From a virus, in the IMG/VR virus record IMGVR_UViG_3300032182_000187, positions 1-64,000 of that record: a stretch of 64,000 nt of DNA; one strand, written 5' to 3'. The notes under the pieces are model-generated. The model had not been told where the DNA came from. It saw only the letters and a program-made list of their open reading frames with translations, and made no database searches. How positions within the stretch are numbered: position 1 is the first letter of the stretch; the number at the start of each line of letters is the position of its first letter. This document shows positions 29,001-39,100 of this stretch, one piece after another. The position numbers were made by a program, and so were the translations under genes.

Positions 29001-32000
29001 GATATAGATTTCTTCGGAAGCACCATTGTATGTTACACTATCTGCAGATCCTGTCCACCTAGAGTTTGAAACTGGTTCATAACCTGCAGGAATTAGTAAC
29101 AAACCACTGAGATCTCCATTGGAATTAGTTCTTAATTCAGAACCAAATGTTGTTAAAGAGTTGCCAGCGATACCACTGAAGTTACTATCTGGAATTGCCC
29201 ATGCGTTTACATTTCTACCATCAATAAACACATTCAACTTGGTGTCCGCTTTCAATCTTTGAACTTTAAAGAAGACTGGAATAGAACGAGCAAAGAATTC
29301 TAGAGAAGAAGATACTTTAGTGCCGTTGATAGTCTTTGTAGATACACCTTTGGCAATTTCATTATTCTGTGGGTTTACATTGGAAGAACTTGCAATATTT
29401 GCTTTCTGGACAAAAGAGTCAACTTTGTCAGAAGTTACGGTTGCAAAAGAGTTGATGGACATCAACGAAGAATCAGATCCAGTCCAATTAACAATGAAAG
29501 AGTTAAAGATCGATCCAATGGATTCTTTTACATCAGATTTTGCTTGGAAAATGGAATAGTGATTAGTGTTTGTGTTTAGAGCGAGAGGTGCAATCTCAGT
29601 ATTATACCACTGATCAATGGTTGGAGAAATGCGACAATCACCAACATATTGAATGACTACAAAAGGATTTGGATTGATAGTCTTAGTTGCAAATTCATTA
29701 CCAAGTAACCTGAGAGAAGTATATGGCAGTGTTACAACGCCATTGTTGTTAACATAACCAGAAATCAATCTTTGGTCGTTTCTAGTATTTACTTCTTCTA
29801 AATTGAAACTATTTTCTCTAACAGAAGGACGTAATACAGACTGCTGAGTATCAATAGAACATCTGTAGTCTGGAGAAATTAGATTACCAATTCCATGACC
29901 TTCAAAGTTGTCTACAATAAATCCAGACTTAAATCTATCAAAACCTACATTGTCTTTAATCTGCATGTTTAGAGTCTGTTGCTCTAGAATGCTTAACGTA
30001 GTGTAATACTCAAGACGCTCAATGCGCTTCTCTAGTTTACCAATGTCACGCATTGTATAGCGACGATTGTCTACAGGAACAATACGTACGTCTTTATTAC
30101 TCTTAGTAAACGCTGGAATATGTAAGTATGCAATAGTAATTGCATCATCCACATTATCTGGTTTTGCTGGGTTGAGAGAAGCATTTCCTTTCTTGACAAC
30201 AAATTCTCCTTTTTTATTCAAGAAGATACCATCAATACGATCTAAGAACTGCGTCTCACTGAAGGACATAGTATATTCTAAAGCAGGATCAGATGCTGGA
30301 GCAAGTGCAGTAACACCAGAATCTCCAACAAAATTAATATAACTAGCACCAGAAGGATTGGATAGAATAGAAACGTCTTGGAAACCTGTAACAGTAGTGG
30401 TAGAATCTACCTTAGGTCTGAAATCAAGAACATCTTTCAACGAAACAATACCATGTACAGACGAGTTGAATGAAGGTACTTCACTGCCCTCTACACCTGC
30501 TTCATGAATGTAAGAATCTACGGTACAGAAATCACCAGAAGAATGCTCGAAGTAATCGAATGCTACAACTAATTGACCTTGGGTAGGTTCAAATCCTGGT
30601 TTGAGAACCAACCTAGAGACATCATATAGGGTATCTCTTTGTCCATCATCAAAGGAGAACTTATAAGTTACATCAGTACCACTAATTAGAGAACCAGAAG
30701 AATCAACATCAGGAGGTGTAGTTGAAGAACCTTCATATACATATCTCAGTTTAAATGCATCTGCATAAGATACGATAGAGGTTGCAACACCATCGTAGTC
30801 AGAACCACGCAAAGGAATAACACGGTCCCCACCAGAAATAATTACAATTCGTTGATTTCTAATCGCTGTTTTTAATCTTGGTTTTGCTTTGTCAATTTCA
30901 ACTGTGGCAGACAACTTCAGTTTAGGATATGTGGTCAAACCTGTACCAAAGAAATCTGCTGGCATTTGAATAACAAGAGATCCAGCAGTAACACCAGTGT
31001 TGTCTGAAGTAGAAGAATTGATAGTTACATACTTTGGATCGATATAAACGATATCGCCGTTATTTACTACAGAGGAATCACCCTTAGACAGAACTGTTAA
31101 GACATAAGAATTTTCATTATAAGTGATAAATCTCTGGAATCCTACAGGTAGTTGTGCTGTAAATGTTACAGCACCACCAGCAGCGTTCAGGTCTGCAGTA
31201 AAATCCTTTCTGACATAATATCTGATCTTAGTATCAGAAGTATCATTGATCAAAGAAGAAATTTGCTTACTTCCTGTTGGGAAGACCAACGAAGAATTTA
31301 CATTAGATACGAGAGGTCTAACTCTAACAACAGATACATTAGTTACAGTATCTTTTAGTGTGTATGTTAGGTAAATTCTAGATTTGATAGTTCCTTCTGC
31401 ATCACTAGTCCATTGAACGATATTTCTAACGATATTATCATTATCGTCAGTATATTGAATTACATCACCTTGCACAAGATCTTTAGCAAGGTTTGCACCA
31501 AAACCACTACACTCTACAAAATTAGATCCCTGCTTACCAGAGAAACTAAAATTAGTAATTGGTTTGTATTCAGAATAATTTGTCTTAGAGAAATCTACAT
31601 CAGCAGTAAATTTATAATTGTTGTACGTAGATTGAAGTGATTTAATATTTTGTGGTGTATATGTTAAGACAGTATTCTTGAATAGTACAGGAATGATCGT
31701 TGGACTATTTGCTTCATTATCTTGTAAAGGATATGCTACTACTTCTGGAGGTGCAATAAAAGTTTCTCTTAGAGAAGATCGATCTAGAATATCAATTTTA
31801 TAGATACCCTGTCCAGCAACTCTTGGAGCAACCTTTGCATTATTAAGTTCATTACCATTTACATAAATCGAAGTAGATGCATCATCACCATATCCAGTTC
31901 CACGCTTGGTGCAAATGAAATGTGAAATGGTATTGTCTTTTGCGATCTTAGTTGAGTATCCTTGTTCGTCAAAAATGGTCTCTCCAGAAACAAATTGACC

Positions 32001-34121
32001 AGCAACAGAAGTTACGAAAAGAGTTGTACCACTACTATAGTTTCCAGAGAGATCATTTTCAATAACACCAACAGCATTACTCTGCTTACCATAGATATAC
32101 TTACCAGAATTAAATCCTTCGGATGGAGCAGATTCTAATGTAATTTTAGTAAAGAATGTTGGATTAAAGTATCCAAAATTAAAGATACCACTATATGGTT
32201 GGGAGTTAACTCCAGACTTACCTCTAGAAATAATTTTGTCAGTATCTTGATTAAATCCAGATGGTCTATCAGAAAGAGTGAAGTCTTTTGGTTTTACTAC
32301 ACCAACGGTTGGAGTAATTGTATTCGTGTAATTAACAAGTCTACCAAAAGTCAGATCTGGAGTATATCCATCTGGTGGCAAAATGTCAGATTCTGACATA
32401 TACAGCATTCTATACTTAGATGGATCTCCATCATCATATTCTACAAAATACTCATCAAGTACAGATCTCTCTCCAAATAATGTTGCCTCTACAAAGAAAC
32501 TAGATGTTCCTGCTACATTAATATCATTTGCCGTGGAGAATGCAATAACTTCTACACTACCAGCAGAGGTTGGTGTGTTTCCACTTCTCGACTTCACGTA
32601 CCATAGAGTAGTTGGGAATTGATCTTTGGTTACTGGAAGAGGTCTGCCATCAGTAACAGAGATCATTACTGTCTTGACGCCCTTGTCCAATCCAAATTCT
32701 TTAGAGCGTCTGTCTAACGTGAATTTGTAAGAAGTCTCTCCTTCAAGTCCATTAAGTCCAATACTACCATCATTGAATGTGGTATTTAAAAATACATCTG
32801 GGAATGCGGTGAGTTCTCCAGCAACTGTATTGAGAGGTACGCTACCGTAAACATTACTAATTTTAAAAGAAGATGATCCTCTAGACTTGATAGTTACATT
32901 ATCTCTAGTCAAAGTATCTCTTGCTTTATCGATATTAAGATACTTGACTTCTTTGTTTACAATCTCAAATCCACGAACATATGCCTTACCAGGACTTACG
33001 CTTGCGACTAGTTTTGCTTCTGCATCCGTAGCAGACATACCTTTAACTAGACCGTCATCTCCTTGCTTATATAAACCGTTGTTATTATTGCGTTGGAAAA
33101 ATTCTCTTACGTCAATAGTAAAATCTTTAATAACATAATCTCCAGACTCATCATAAGTTCTTCTAGCAAGAGTTTCTTCTAACAGACTATAGTCTGCAGG
33201 TTTAACCTGTTTTTCAACTACACCATTCTTAATTTGAATAATTTGGATGAAGTTTTTGTCAGTTAGTGCGTTATAATCAAATTTTTTGAGTTCTAGACTA
33301 ATTTTTAGTCTATGAGCGCCAGGAGCAGAAGAATTAGAGAATCCTCTAGCATTGTCATATAGAGAAGCATCCTCCTCTGGAGTGATGATATCTTCTACGA
33401 TAGTAAAACCTACCTTTACAGAAGCTCTATCATAGTAATCATTAAGAACAATCAATTGCTCGTCATTGCGGACAAAAAATCCGTTAACGAAGTAAATACC
33501 TTCTTCTACTTTCAGTGCAGTCGCATATCCCATTGCAGGACTGCTGAGACTTGTAATATCTCCAGTATCTGGATCCTCTACTTCAATGGTTGTTGGGAGA
33601 ACACTACCATCAGTACCAACAACTAGTAATGGGGTATTAACACCACCAACAACTTCTAGAGTTTCACCTTGTCTGAATGTAGACTCGTTGCCATCATCTC
33701 CACTGTTGACGTAATTTACAAAAATGAGATCTGCAGAATCTGTTGTAGCATACTTGACTTCTACTACTACAGCAGTAACACCAGAGTTAATACCTCTTAA
33801 AGTAGAACCAATTAGTTGCTTGATATCATATTTTTTATAGACGATGCCACCATTCTCATTTACAGCAACTTCGGAAACAGAAGACAGTTTAACAAAATTG
33901 AGTCTGTTGTTCAGACCCACCTCACCAGGAATTACCAGTTGTCCTTGTTTAAATCTATATTTGCCGTAACTTTCTATCTGATTTTGTAAGATAGACTGAA
34001 GGGATGTTAATTCCCTAGTCTGCACAGAATATCCAGGTCTGAAAAGAACCTTATAAAAATTCTTATCAGCATCAAAATCATCAAAATATGGAGATACGTT
34101 TAGGTTAGTCTTCTGTGGCAT
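26037..34121 (-). CDS. VrlC-like (DUF4815-type) large structural protein
   Basis: NLNVSPYFDDFD..FYKVLFRPG..VQTRELT, LARRTYDESGDY, RYTMRDIGKLEKRI and PLAQTF. Confidence 0.85.
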   Translation of the reverse strand: MPQKTNLNVSPYFDDFDADKNFYKVLFRPGYSVQTRELTSLQSILQNQIESYGKYRFKQGQLVIPGEVGLNNRLNFVKLSSVSEVAVNENGGIVYKKYDIKQLIGSTLRGINSGVTAVVVEVKYATTDSADLIFVNYVNSGDDGNESTFRQGETLEVVGGVNTPLLVVGTDGSVLPTTIEVEDPDTGDITSLSSPAMGYATALKVEEGIYFVNGFFVRNDEQLIVLNDYYDRASVKVGFTIVEDIITPEEDASLYDNARGFSNSSAPGAHRLKISLELKKFDYNALTDKNFIQIIQIKNGVVEKQVKPADYSLLEETLARRTYDESGDYVIKDFTIDVREFFQRNNNNGLYKQGDDGLVKGMSATDAEAKLVASVSPGKAYVRGFEIVNKEVKYLNIDKARDTLTRDNVTIKSRGSSSFKISNVYGSVPLNTVAGELTAFPDVFLNTTFNDGSIGLNGLEGETSYKFTLDRRSKEFGLDKGVKTVMISVTDGRPLPVTKDQFPTTLWYVKSRSGNTPTSAGSVEVIAFSTANDINVAGTSSFFVEATLFGERSVLDEYFVEYDDGDPSKYRMLYMSESDILPPDGYTPDLTFGRLVNYTNTITPTVGVVKPKDFTLSDRPSGFNQDTDKIISRGKSGVNSQPYSGIFNFGYFNPTFFTKITLESAPSEGFNSGKYIYGKQSNAVGVIENDLSGNYSSGTTLFVTSVAGQFVSGETIFDEQGYSTKIAKDNTISHFICTKRGTGYGDDASTSIYVNGNELNNAKVAPRVAGQGIYKIDILDRSSLRETFIAPPEVVAYPLQDNEANSPTIIPVLFKNTVLTYTPQNIKSLQSTYNNYKFTADVDFSKTNYSEYKPITNFSFSGKQGSNFVECSGFGANLAKDLVQGDVIQYTDDNDNIVRNIVQWTSDAEGTIKSRIYLTYTLKDTVTNVSVVRVRPLVSNVNSSLVFPTGSKQISSLINDTSDTKIRYYVRKDFTADLNAAGGAVTFTAQLPVGFQRFITYNENSYVLTVLSKGDSSVVNNGDIVYIDPKYVTINSSTSDNTGVTAGSLVIQMPADFFGTGLTTYPKLKLSATVEIDKAKPRLKTAIRNQRIVIISGGDRVIPLRGSDYDGVATSIVSYADAFKLRYVYEGSSTTPPDVDSSGSLISGTDVTYKFSFDDGQRDTLYDVSRLVLKPGFEPTQGQLVVAFDYFEHSSGDFCTVDSYIHEAGVEGSEVPSFNSSVHGIVSLKDVLDFRPKVDSTTTVTGFQDVSILSNPSGASYINFVGDSGVTALAPASDPALEYTMSFSETQFLDRIDGIFLNKKGEFVVKKGNASLNPAKPDNVDDAITIAYLHIPAFTKSNKDVRIVPVDNRRYTMRDIGKLEKRIERLEYYTTLSILEQQTLNMQIKDNVGFDRFKSGFIVDNFEGHGIGNLISPDYRCSIDTQQSVLRPSVRENSFNLEEVNTRNDQRLISGYVNNNGVVTLPYTSLRLLGNEFATKTINPNPFVVIQYVGDCRISPTIDQWYNTEIAPLALNTNTNHYSIFQAKSDVKESIGSIFNSFIVNWTGSDSSLMSINSFATVTSDKVDSFVQKANIASSSNVNPQNNEIAKGVSTKTINGTKVSSSLEFFARSIPVFFKVQRLKADTKLNVFIDGRNVNAWAIPDSNFSGIAGNSLTTFGSELRTNSNGDLSGLLLIPAGYEPVSNSRWTGSADSVTYNGASEEIYIASGEKTITFTDAVDYSNKSTSNSYADVIFYSTGILPENPSSIISTSAAYFKANEGVQSVNSNTDQEVKPNPLAQTFKVENFSGGCFVTGVDLFFQNKDTSIPIKTYLTNIDTGKPGKHVIPGSTSIKYPETYLKIFVTGDNDTISVKKGEFVKGSSTNASGPILRVFDKNNIQVGDENSIQLQLNKEQVYTLVLENHNGISFVPNEQLIIPSVTEFNNTRNKEVIINIAKDSGKLVDLKVEQVGSNYETAAVTIESPQLPGGSTATGNVFVSEGKIYASELVLSGRGYTEAPSVVIKGVGLGAGDAVITSKIEIDTPAVRMGVATDANADTPSTIPTHFDFEHPVYLQNDTEYALVVETDSIEYDLWVSRLGETEVATSTTVNSQPLLGSVYKSQNIDNWTEDLFEDIKFTLYRAEFDTSVKANLLLTTEDLGYEKLASAPFETSVRSSSNATSDLFKNNNTLVKVYHRDHGFEDAGMSSVYFRGSEDVGGISSTVLNAKLFDVKNSGLDSYVIEMPTRAGSSLFGGGDSVFATYNRKYEKLYAQISYLQLEGTTIDTEVETTNITALDSNSVNFPSYTQSAYERTFLNQEHYFTNQKIIASRINSTLNAIDRSLTYKVNMTSNVSYLSPVIDLNIASVKTSTNRIDNSTGQEKRFGKKYQKLSFSPLYNLGVSIIPSNADTSVLVPGVQIEGVTSKATGTLLSYDSNICLVALSSSVVFKVGESLVTKSADGIALSGIALSANTISEQKFNFTEGTNVFGYFPSNFNFNYANIIDGTVISWDADDKELIVENPYAPINNNYEGAILKDSPFVRTQENQASDIFRVGDIIKSQDDYYVTVNGMSFENGVDFTSETDSRNSSSLAKYVTKEVSINEPGTSINVKMTVNVKERENIQVLFKTKESSAQLNFEDINWTYFNGNGLSDNDDLATAENSISAVAEDQSSYQEYEFSVQDVSEFTSFAIKVVMKSSDPAYAPKIQDLRVVASY

Positions 34122-34160
34122 CGTAAATGAGTCTCTCTAGTTGATCCTGTTTCCCTCTAT

Positions 34161-34167
34161 TATTTAG
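34161..34167 (-). promoter_or_regulatory. Late promoter variant CTAAATA
   Basis: Just downstream of the gp8 terminator and upstream of the VrlC-like gene. Confidence 0.6.
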
Positions 34168-34174
34168 CAGGGAT

Positions 34175-34203
34175 AAAAAAAATCCCCCGATTTCTCGGGG
34201 GAT
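34175..34203 (-). terminator. Rho-independent terminator after gp8
   Basis: Stem ATCCCCCGA/TCGGGGGAT, GAAA loop on the minus strand and a long T tail. Confidence 0.9.
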
Positions 34204-34225
34204 CTGAAAGATATGTTTGAGGAGA

Positions 34226-36055
34226 TCAGAACTCGATGACGAGTTTGATGTCTTCAATCTGGTCAGGAGCACGGGTGATTAGACGACGGTTCTCAACGTA
34301 AATCATCTCACCAGAGTTAGCAGCGATCTCAGGGTTTGCAAGACCACTTGCGAACTGAACGCCAAGGACGTTGCTGTTATCGCCAGTGTCAACGTTTGCA
34401 GAGGTTAGCGAGGTAGTGCCAGTGATTGCATTACCTGCATTGCTCTCGAACGCACGGACAACACCCGAATCGGAGTGGAGGTCAGGAGACTGGATGTACT
34501 TGAGAACACCTTCGGTGGTCGAACCACTGTCGAGAGTCCAAGAAACAACGGTGCCTCTTGCAGTACCACCAGTTACGCTCTGCTCGATAGTTTCGTCAGG
34601 CTGGAAGTCAGAAGAAGCATTGTTCAACTTGACTGCGTACAGACCGTTAACGGTATCGACGGTTGCGAAGGTGGTGCTACCGAAGACATATGGATCCTTA
34701 AGGATACCAATACGACGGAAGTCGTTGTCAACGGGGAAGTCGCCAGAACCTTCAGCGTAGGTTAGACGGATGTTGGTCATGATACGCTTAGCATTCAATT
34801 CCAACTCCATGTCAGCACCGTGACCGCCTTGTGGAGGAAGAACAACTTCAACAGCACCAACAGCAGCAGCACCAACAGTTACAGAAGCGGTTAGACCAGC
34901 ATCGCTAAACAGACCATATGCAGTAGCACCGCTACCAGTACCAGTCTTAAGTGCAACAGATGCATAGGTGTAACCAGAACCAGCATCGGTAACAGTTACC
35001 GAGGAGATTGCTTGAGCGGTTACAGTGATCTGAACCTTACCACCAGTACCATCACCGAGGATAGGAGCATAGTGGGTGCCGTTAGGGAGGTTAGCGCCAG
35101 CGTTCTCAATTAGAGCAACGTTAATGCCACCATCAACTGCTGCTGCTTCAGTTGCCTGACGAGTTGCATCGGATGCAGCAACGATAGGCATGAAGTCAGT
35201 AGAGAGGAAGCGGAGAACATCATTCGTAGGAATGGTGTACATGTACTTCCAAATGTAACCAGCGTTGCCAGGCTCTTCGGTGAAGATGTCACCAGCATAC
35301 GAACCTTGACCAGCAGAAGGAGTAGTCTTAGGCTCATCGGTTGCGTTCTGACCAGAGGGGTTGGCAGGAGTTTCACCGTTGTAGAGGCACTTGAATACTT
35401 CGTACTGGGAGTTGATTACATAGAACTTCGCTTCACCAATAGTGGTAGCGCCAGTTGCTGCGGTCTTACCAACTTGACCACCGCCACCAGGGGTAGCAGA
35501 GTAGTCTGGCTTCCACATGTCGAATTTGGGATTAGCAACTAGATCCCAGTTGTAGCGACGGATAACTGCACGAGCGAACTCATCAGTAATACGCTTAGCA
35601 GCGATGATGTCGTCATACAGATCGAATTTTTCTTTTTGGTTGTCGAGAGGTACGGGGGGTACGTCCTCAGTAGCGTAGCGATAAACGCCAGATACTGCTT
35701 CAGCACCAGTGTCTGCAGTGCCGTTCCATGCCTTGAGGGTAGAACCTGCTGCGGGTACGCTGGAGGTAGAAGGACCGATGTTATAGAGTAGGAGGGAATC
35801 CTCGTATACTGCTCTAACGACACCTTTAAATGTAGCGCCAGCATAGTTGGCACCAACATAAACTTCGTTGCCTTCTACAAACGCTGTAGCGTTCTGGTTA
35901 TAAATCTCTACGTAAGCATCCCAGCGTTGAGGACGACCAACAAAGAAGTACATTCTTGTACGCTCGTTGCCCGTATCGGAGGAGCCTTCAGATAGAGATT
36001 CTAGGAATTGTTTCGCATTAAAAATGCGAAATTTATCTGAAATAATTGCGGCCAT
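34226..36055 (-). CDS. gp8: Baseplate wedge subunit
   Basis: AAIISDKFRIFNAKQF, FYVINSQYEVFKCLYN, GYIWKYMYTI and ENRRLITRAPDQIEDIKLVIEF. Confidence 0.9.
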   Translation of the reverse strand: MAAIISDKFRIFNAKQFLESLSEGSSDTGNERTRMYFFVGRPQRWDAYVEIYNQNATAFVEGNEVYVGANYAGATFKGVVRAVYEDSLLLYNIGPSTSSVPAAGSTLKAWNGTADTGAEAVSGVYRYATEDVPPVPLDNQKEKFDLYDDIIAAKRITDEFARAVIRRYNWDLVANPKFDMWKPDYSATPGGGGQVGKTAATGATTIGEAKFYVINSQYEVFKCLYNGETPANPSGQNATDEPKTTPSAGQGSYAGDIFTEEPGNAGYIWKYMYTIPTNDVLRFLSTDFMPIVAASDATRQATEAAAVDGGINVALIENAGANLPNGTHYAPILGDGTGGKVQITVTAQAISSVTVTDAGSGYTYASVALKTGTGSGATAYGLFSDAGLTASVTVGAAAVGAVEVVLPPQGGHGADMELELNAKRIMTNIRLTYAEGSGDFPVDNDFRRIGILKDPYVFGSTTFATVDTVNGLYAVKLNNASSDFQPDETIEQSVTGGTARGTVVSWTLDSGSTTEGVLKYIQSPDLHSDSGVVRAFESNAGNAITGTTSLTSANVDTGDNSNVLGVQFASGLANPEIAANSGEMIYVENRRLITRAPDQIEDIKLVIEF

Positions 36056-36090
36056 TGAAAATCTCTCTTAGAAACGTTGTTGTCTTTGGT

Positions 36091-36104
36091 TATTTATATT
36101 TATA
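36091..36104 (-). promoter_or_regulatory. Two overlapping late promoters TATAAATA
   Basis: The minus strand reads TATAAATATAAATA upstream of gp8. Confidence 0.75.
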
Positions 36105-36109
36105 ATGAA

Positions 36110-39100
36110 TTAACTAGAAGATCCAAATGTTCTCACATAGTCTCCTGCGGAGTGAGCCGTAGGAGTGGTTCCCTCATATCCTCTTGTTAGATCTTGTAAA
36201 GTATTGCCAGACTTGCTGGTATACCTAATCAATTCAGTTCCGATGAGAATCACGCCAGAATCTGGGAAGGGACCCGCATTATTTATATCCAAACTTGTCT
36301 CGTTTGTAATAGATGCGGAGAGAACAGATCCAACTTCATTGATAGTTGGAATACCCATGTTGAAGCGTTCGCCTGTCATGGTTACGGAAGAACTATGCCT
36401 TTCGGTAAAGTCTTCGATAGTCATGTCGGGGAACATTCTAGTAATAGTATCAATATCACCCGATACTCCAAGAGCACCAGTATCAATCAGTAGGTTATTT
36501 TCAAATCCAGTCATAGTGAATCCTGCATTACCAACCGTGTATCCATCATAGAATGCATCACGCTCTCTGTTAGCGTTAAGAACGAGTATAGTTCCTTGCT
36601 CTCTAGTGAAGACCTCGTTAATAGGATCGTTGAGGTCAAATTCGCCTTGGTCTCTCGTCTTGATCTTCGGAGGTAGAACATATAGTTCAGTGAAGAAGTC
36701 GAGAATACCGATTTCATAATCGATCTCTCTGGATGCACCTTGCTGATCCTGCTCATCAGCAAGACCAGAAGTAATACTAATGGTATGCTGAATCTCATCT
36801 GGTCTTGTGGTTGCAACAATATTAGTTGATGTTGCAGTAAGTCTAGAAGAGATTGTAGGTTCAATCGTGAAGAATGCAGGAATCTCAGCAGTCTTAGAAA
36901 CTGTTACCAGTGAAGATGTAGTCTCTAAGGTGTCTACCTTGTCGGTGATTGAAGTAGAGAATGCTGTGATTGTCGTATCAACGTCATAGGTAACAGTGTT
37001 CGCAACGGAATGATTTGTTTCATGCGTTGAAGTGACAATATTGCTAGAAATAGCACTTAGATCATTAGTAACTACACTAATCTGAGAAGACAGAATAGTT
37101 TCAGCACTTTCTTCTACAATCGTACCGACTGCGATTTGTCTGTCAACATTAGCAATCGTTACTTGCTCAATAGTAGCAAGTTCTAGTGGAGGTGCATTGA
37201 AGTAGAAGACACGGGTGATTCCGTATTCAGTATCCACTTGAGCAACAGAAGCAGCAGGTTGGATGGTTACCTGCTTGTTGATGCTTTGGATTGTTGTAGT
37301 AAGTAGACTATCGGATACAACATCAACTTGAGGTTTGATGATGTGCTGACTGCTTACTGTCTTAACAGAAGGATCAGTGTAGATGTTTACACCGCCCTGT
37401 ACAACAGTTGCCTCGTATTCAACTCTAAAGAAGTTGGATGTGACTGTCTGCTGATAGTCAGTCTCAAATGGATCTCTAACAACCTCTGTAGAAATCACCA
37501 GTTCATGGTTAATATCGAGTCTCAGAACTTTGAGAGACTCTCTAATGGCGTTAGTATCAATTCTAGCGGAAGAGACAATTCCTTCTACACCAACGCCAGT
37601 AACCTCTACGCCAACTACGGAAGCAGAAGTTAGTGCCTCAAGTACCTCTTCCCTTTCAGAAAGAGTTACACGAGTGTGAGTAATCTTCTGAATTTCGGTG
37701 AGGGTCTCAATCTGAAGAACCTCAACATTGAGAGTTGGGACATCAGATGTTACGTTGATTAGGGATACATTATCCTCAATCGCACCACGTTGAGTCAGTT
37801 GTACAGTTTCTTTCCACTCCGTGGTGAATGCCTTAACATTAGACTCACTTGTGGCGTAAGTAGAAACGATGAATGGATTTAGTTTCTCGACTCCAGGTAG
37901 AATTGAAGTAATCGAATCAATGTCATTGACCTTAGAATCAATGACAACCGAGTGATTAACTTCAGTAAAGTCAAGTTCACGTTGTACTACATTAATAAAC
38001 TGATCCTGAGAGTTGACTGTCTTAGTAACAGTGGTCTTCAGGGAAGTTACAGAAGAGAAGTCGTAATCAGTCTCAGAAACGATCTGCTTAGATACGATAA
38101 TGTCGTAGTTGATACCAAGATCAAACGTATTGACAATTCTGAGAGTAGTATCTTCTAAAGTAACTAGACCAGAAGATACCGCACCTTCAACACCTGCTGG
38201 AGGAATGATCGACTTGACCTCACTCTTACTATTGTGGATAGTAGTAATAGTAGGAGTGACAAATTCGGGAGGAATGATGATGACTTCTTCAGATACAAAG
38301 AATCCTTCAATCTTGTGTTCAACTTGAGTATCACGCTCAACTTGAGTCGTAACCTCTAGTTCACTTACGGACTTAACATCCGAGAAACTTGTAGCGGTAA
38401 CTGTTGTTGCTTGAGTCTGAGTTTCCTGAACACGAACGGAAGTCTCGATGCTGAAGACCTCGATGTTGCCGATAGGTACAACACTGATGAGTTCTGGTAA
38501 GTGTCTGAGGTAGTCACCTGCATTGTGAGTCTGTGGTTCGGTGCCGAAAGTACCTCTTTCGACATACATGAACCTGTCTTGCTTGGTCTTGGTATAGGTA
38601 ACAATCTCCTTACCAATAAGCAGTCTACTTGCTTTGGGGAATCTCCTTGTATCTGGTACAAAGATGATATTATCATCCAGATCAACTGGAGCATCCAAGA
38701 ATGCGCCAACATCATTAATAGATGCAGTATCGAGTTGATGTACTGCTTCACTAATGACAGTAGGAGGAAGAATCGTGGTAATTTGCGTTGTAGTATCACT
38801 GACACTAGCAGTGCTTTCAATCTGCTGAATACCTGTGAATGGAATTGGATCCCTGATGATATCAATCTCAGCAGGTTGTACAACCTTAACACTGCTGCTG
38901 ACAGACTTCTCAATACCAGTGAATGCAACCTCACTTTCTTTGATACTAGCAGGAGGCATTGAAGCGATGCTTGCTGCCGCTGCTGGAATAATAGTAACCT
39001 GCTGAGTAGTATCTAAGTTACCAACTGCTGCACTCAGGTCAACGAAGATGAATAGAGATTCACCTGCCTCACCTGTTTGAGTAATAATAATTTCAGTAGC

